A DNA stretch of 63,119 bases, counting the filler, from Reticulomyxa filosa (taxonomy: Eukaryota > Protista > Foraminifera), in NCBI GenBank assembly GCA_000512085.1. It is 17 parts of 17 records of this genome, joined end to end, with 100 filler letters (N's around TTAATTAATTAA, not from the genome) between each part and the next. Parts side by side here need not be neighbours in the genome. Positions count along the whole stretch, not along the records: positions 60,575 to 63,119 come from ASPP01002505.1; 16 more parts are not named here. The stretch is one strand, 5' to 3'. The translations under genes and the position numbers were made by a program. Every line of letters starts with the position of its first letter. Positions within the stretch are counted from its first letter, which is position 1. The notes below the pieces were generated by a model. The model saw only the letters and a list, made by a program, of their open reading frames with translations, was not told where the DNA came from and did not search any database. Below are positions 62,514 through 63,119 of this stretch, one piece after another.

Positions 62514-63119
62514 GTCCCAAAGAAGTAGAAATGTATAGAAAAGTATCAAATCTAACAACCTACAGAATGGATCCATTGGACGTATTAAGTCAAAGTAATA
62601 CTTGCACATAAGCAATTTATTAAAAAGAAAATTTTATACTGATGCCAAATGGAAATGAAATCAAAAATGGACCTCAGAGACCAAAGAAGAGGACCAATAG
62701 AAAGAAAAAATAATAAAGATCGAACAGGAAATCTGATGCCGATGAAATCTCAATGGTAAATTAGTAAAGTTTAAGTCAGTTATGTCAATAACATAACTGA
62801 TACAGTCAATGTATTTGGTAATGAATCGTATTGATGGAAATTTCATGTCCTGGTCAAAAGAAATAGTTATTATTCTGCTATCGAAATTTGCATTAAATAC
62901 CAATAAAATATGGTGAACAAGAAGACAACTTCAGTTGCAAGATCAGATATTGCATATCTATTGGCAAAGACATTTGCAGAACCTCATCAGCCTCCAAAAG
63001 ATGTTGCTGAAAAACATTATGAAATATCAGATTTAAAGTGGCAATATCTAAACAATTATCACAAAAGAAGAAGTTATTGATGCTATGAGACATTTGTCTC
63101 CATACAAAGCTCAAGGTCC
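62514..63119 (+). repeat. Right arm of the inverted repeat (runs to the window end)
   Basis: Reverse complement of 60974-61579. Confidence 0.95.

Larger units (their letters stand above)
60575..63119. mobile_element. Heavily decayed non-LTR retrotransposon with an inverted duplication
   Basis: The + strand end reads TKEEVIDAMRHLSPYKAQG. The - strand copy continues PDNIHN..SSVDKLMEIIITKRLMWQLNDKQLLHQTQ (RT N-terminal domains). IIDVTLS..ELSD near 62340-62400 resembles the end of an APE domain. Many stops. Confidence 0.75.

Noticed and set aside
1-63119. Functional clustering of trafficking genes (AP beta, AP3M, ArfGAP, Rab, V-ATPase) or proteasome genes
   Set aside because: Most lie on different, artificially joined contigs, so adjacency carries no information.
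1-63119. tRNA, rRNA, CRISPR arrays, telomeric repeats, prokaryotic operons
   Set aside because: None was recognisable by eye. tRNAscan-SE or Infernal would be needed to exclude small RNAs.

Overview
This window is not one continuous locus. It is 17 short contigs joined by an artificial 100-nt linker (44 N + TTAATTAATTAA + 44 N). The DNA is eukaryotic, AT-rich and intron-rich, uses the standard code, and has many homopolymer runs. The gene families (kelch-WD40 fusion, RING/TRAF relic, vWA, many pseudogenes) resemble the foraminiferan Reticulomyxa filosa; this is an inference and was not checked. Recognisable genes: Ap4A phosphorylase, AP-1/2 beta, RPL26, a FABP-like protein, ArfGAP-C2, a C2HC/B-box zinc-finger protein, an RGS protein, MCM8, kelch-WD40, an RRM protein, an amidase, CFAP100, AP-3 mu, a catalytically dead USP, V-ATPase H, IVD, vWA, PSMA7 and the last exon of a Rab. 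There is also a PSMA5 pseudogene, two LINE elements, two solo-LTR-like elements with 4-bp target-site duplications, a second interspersed repeat family and a 606-bp inverted duplication. The most striking recurrent signal is intron architecture. Many 3' splice sites follow a poly-A tract instead of a polypyrimidine tract, many donors read GTT(TTG), and introns often have U-rich 5' and A-rich 3' halves that could pair. Together these suggest a divergent splice-site recognition system. Single-base frameshifts in homopolymer runs are most likely sequencing errors.
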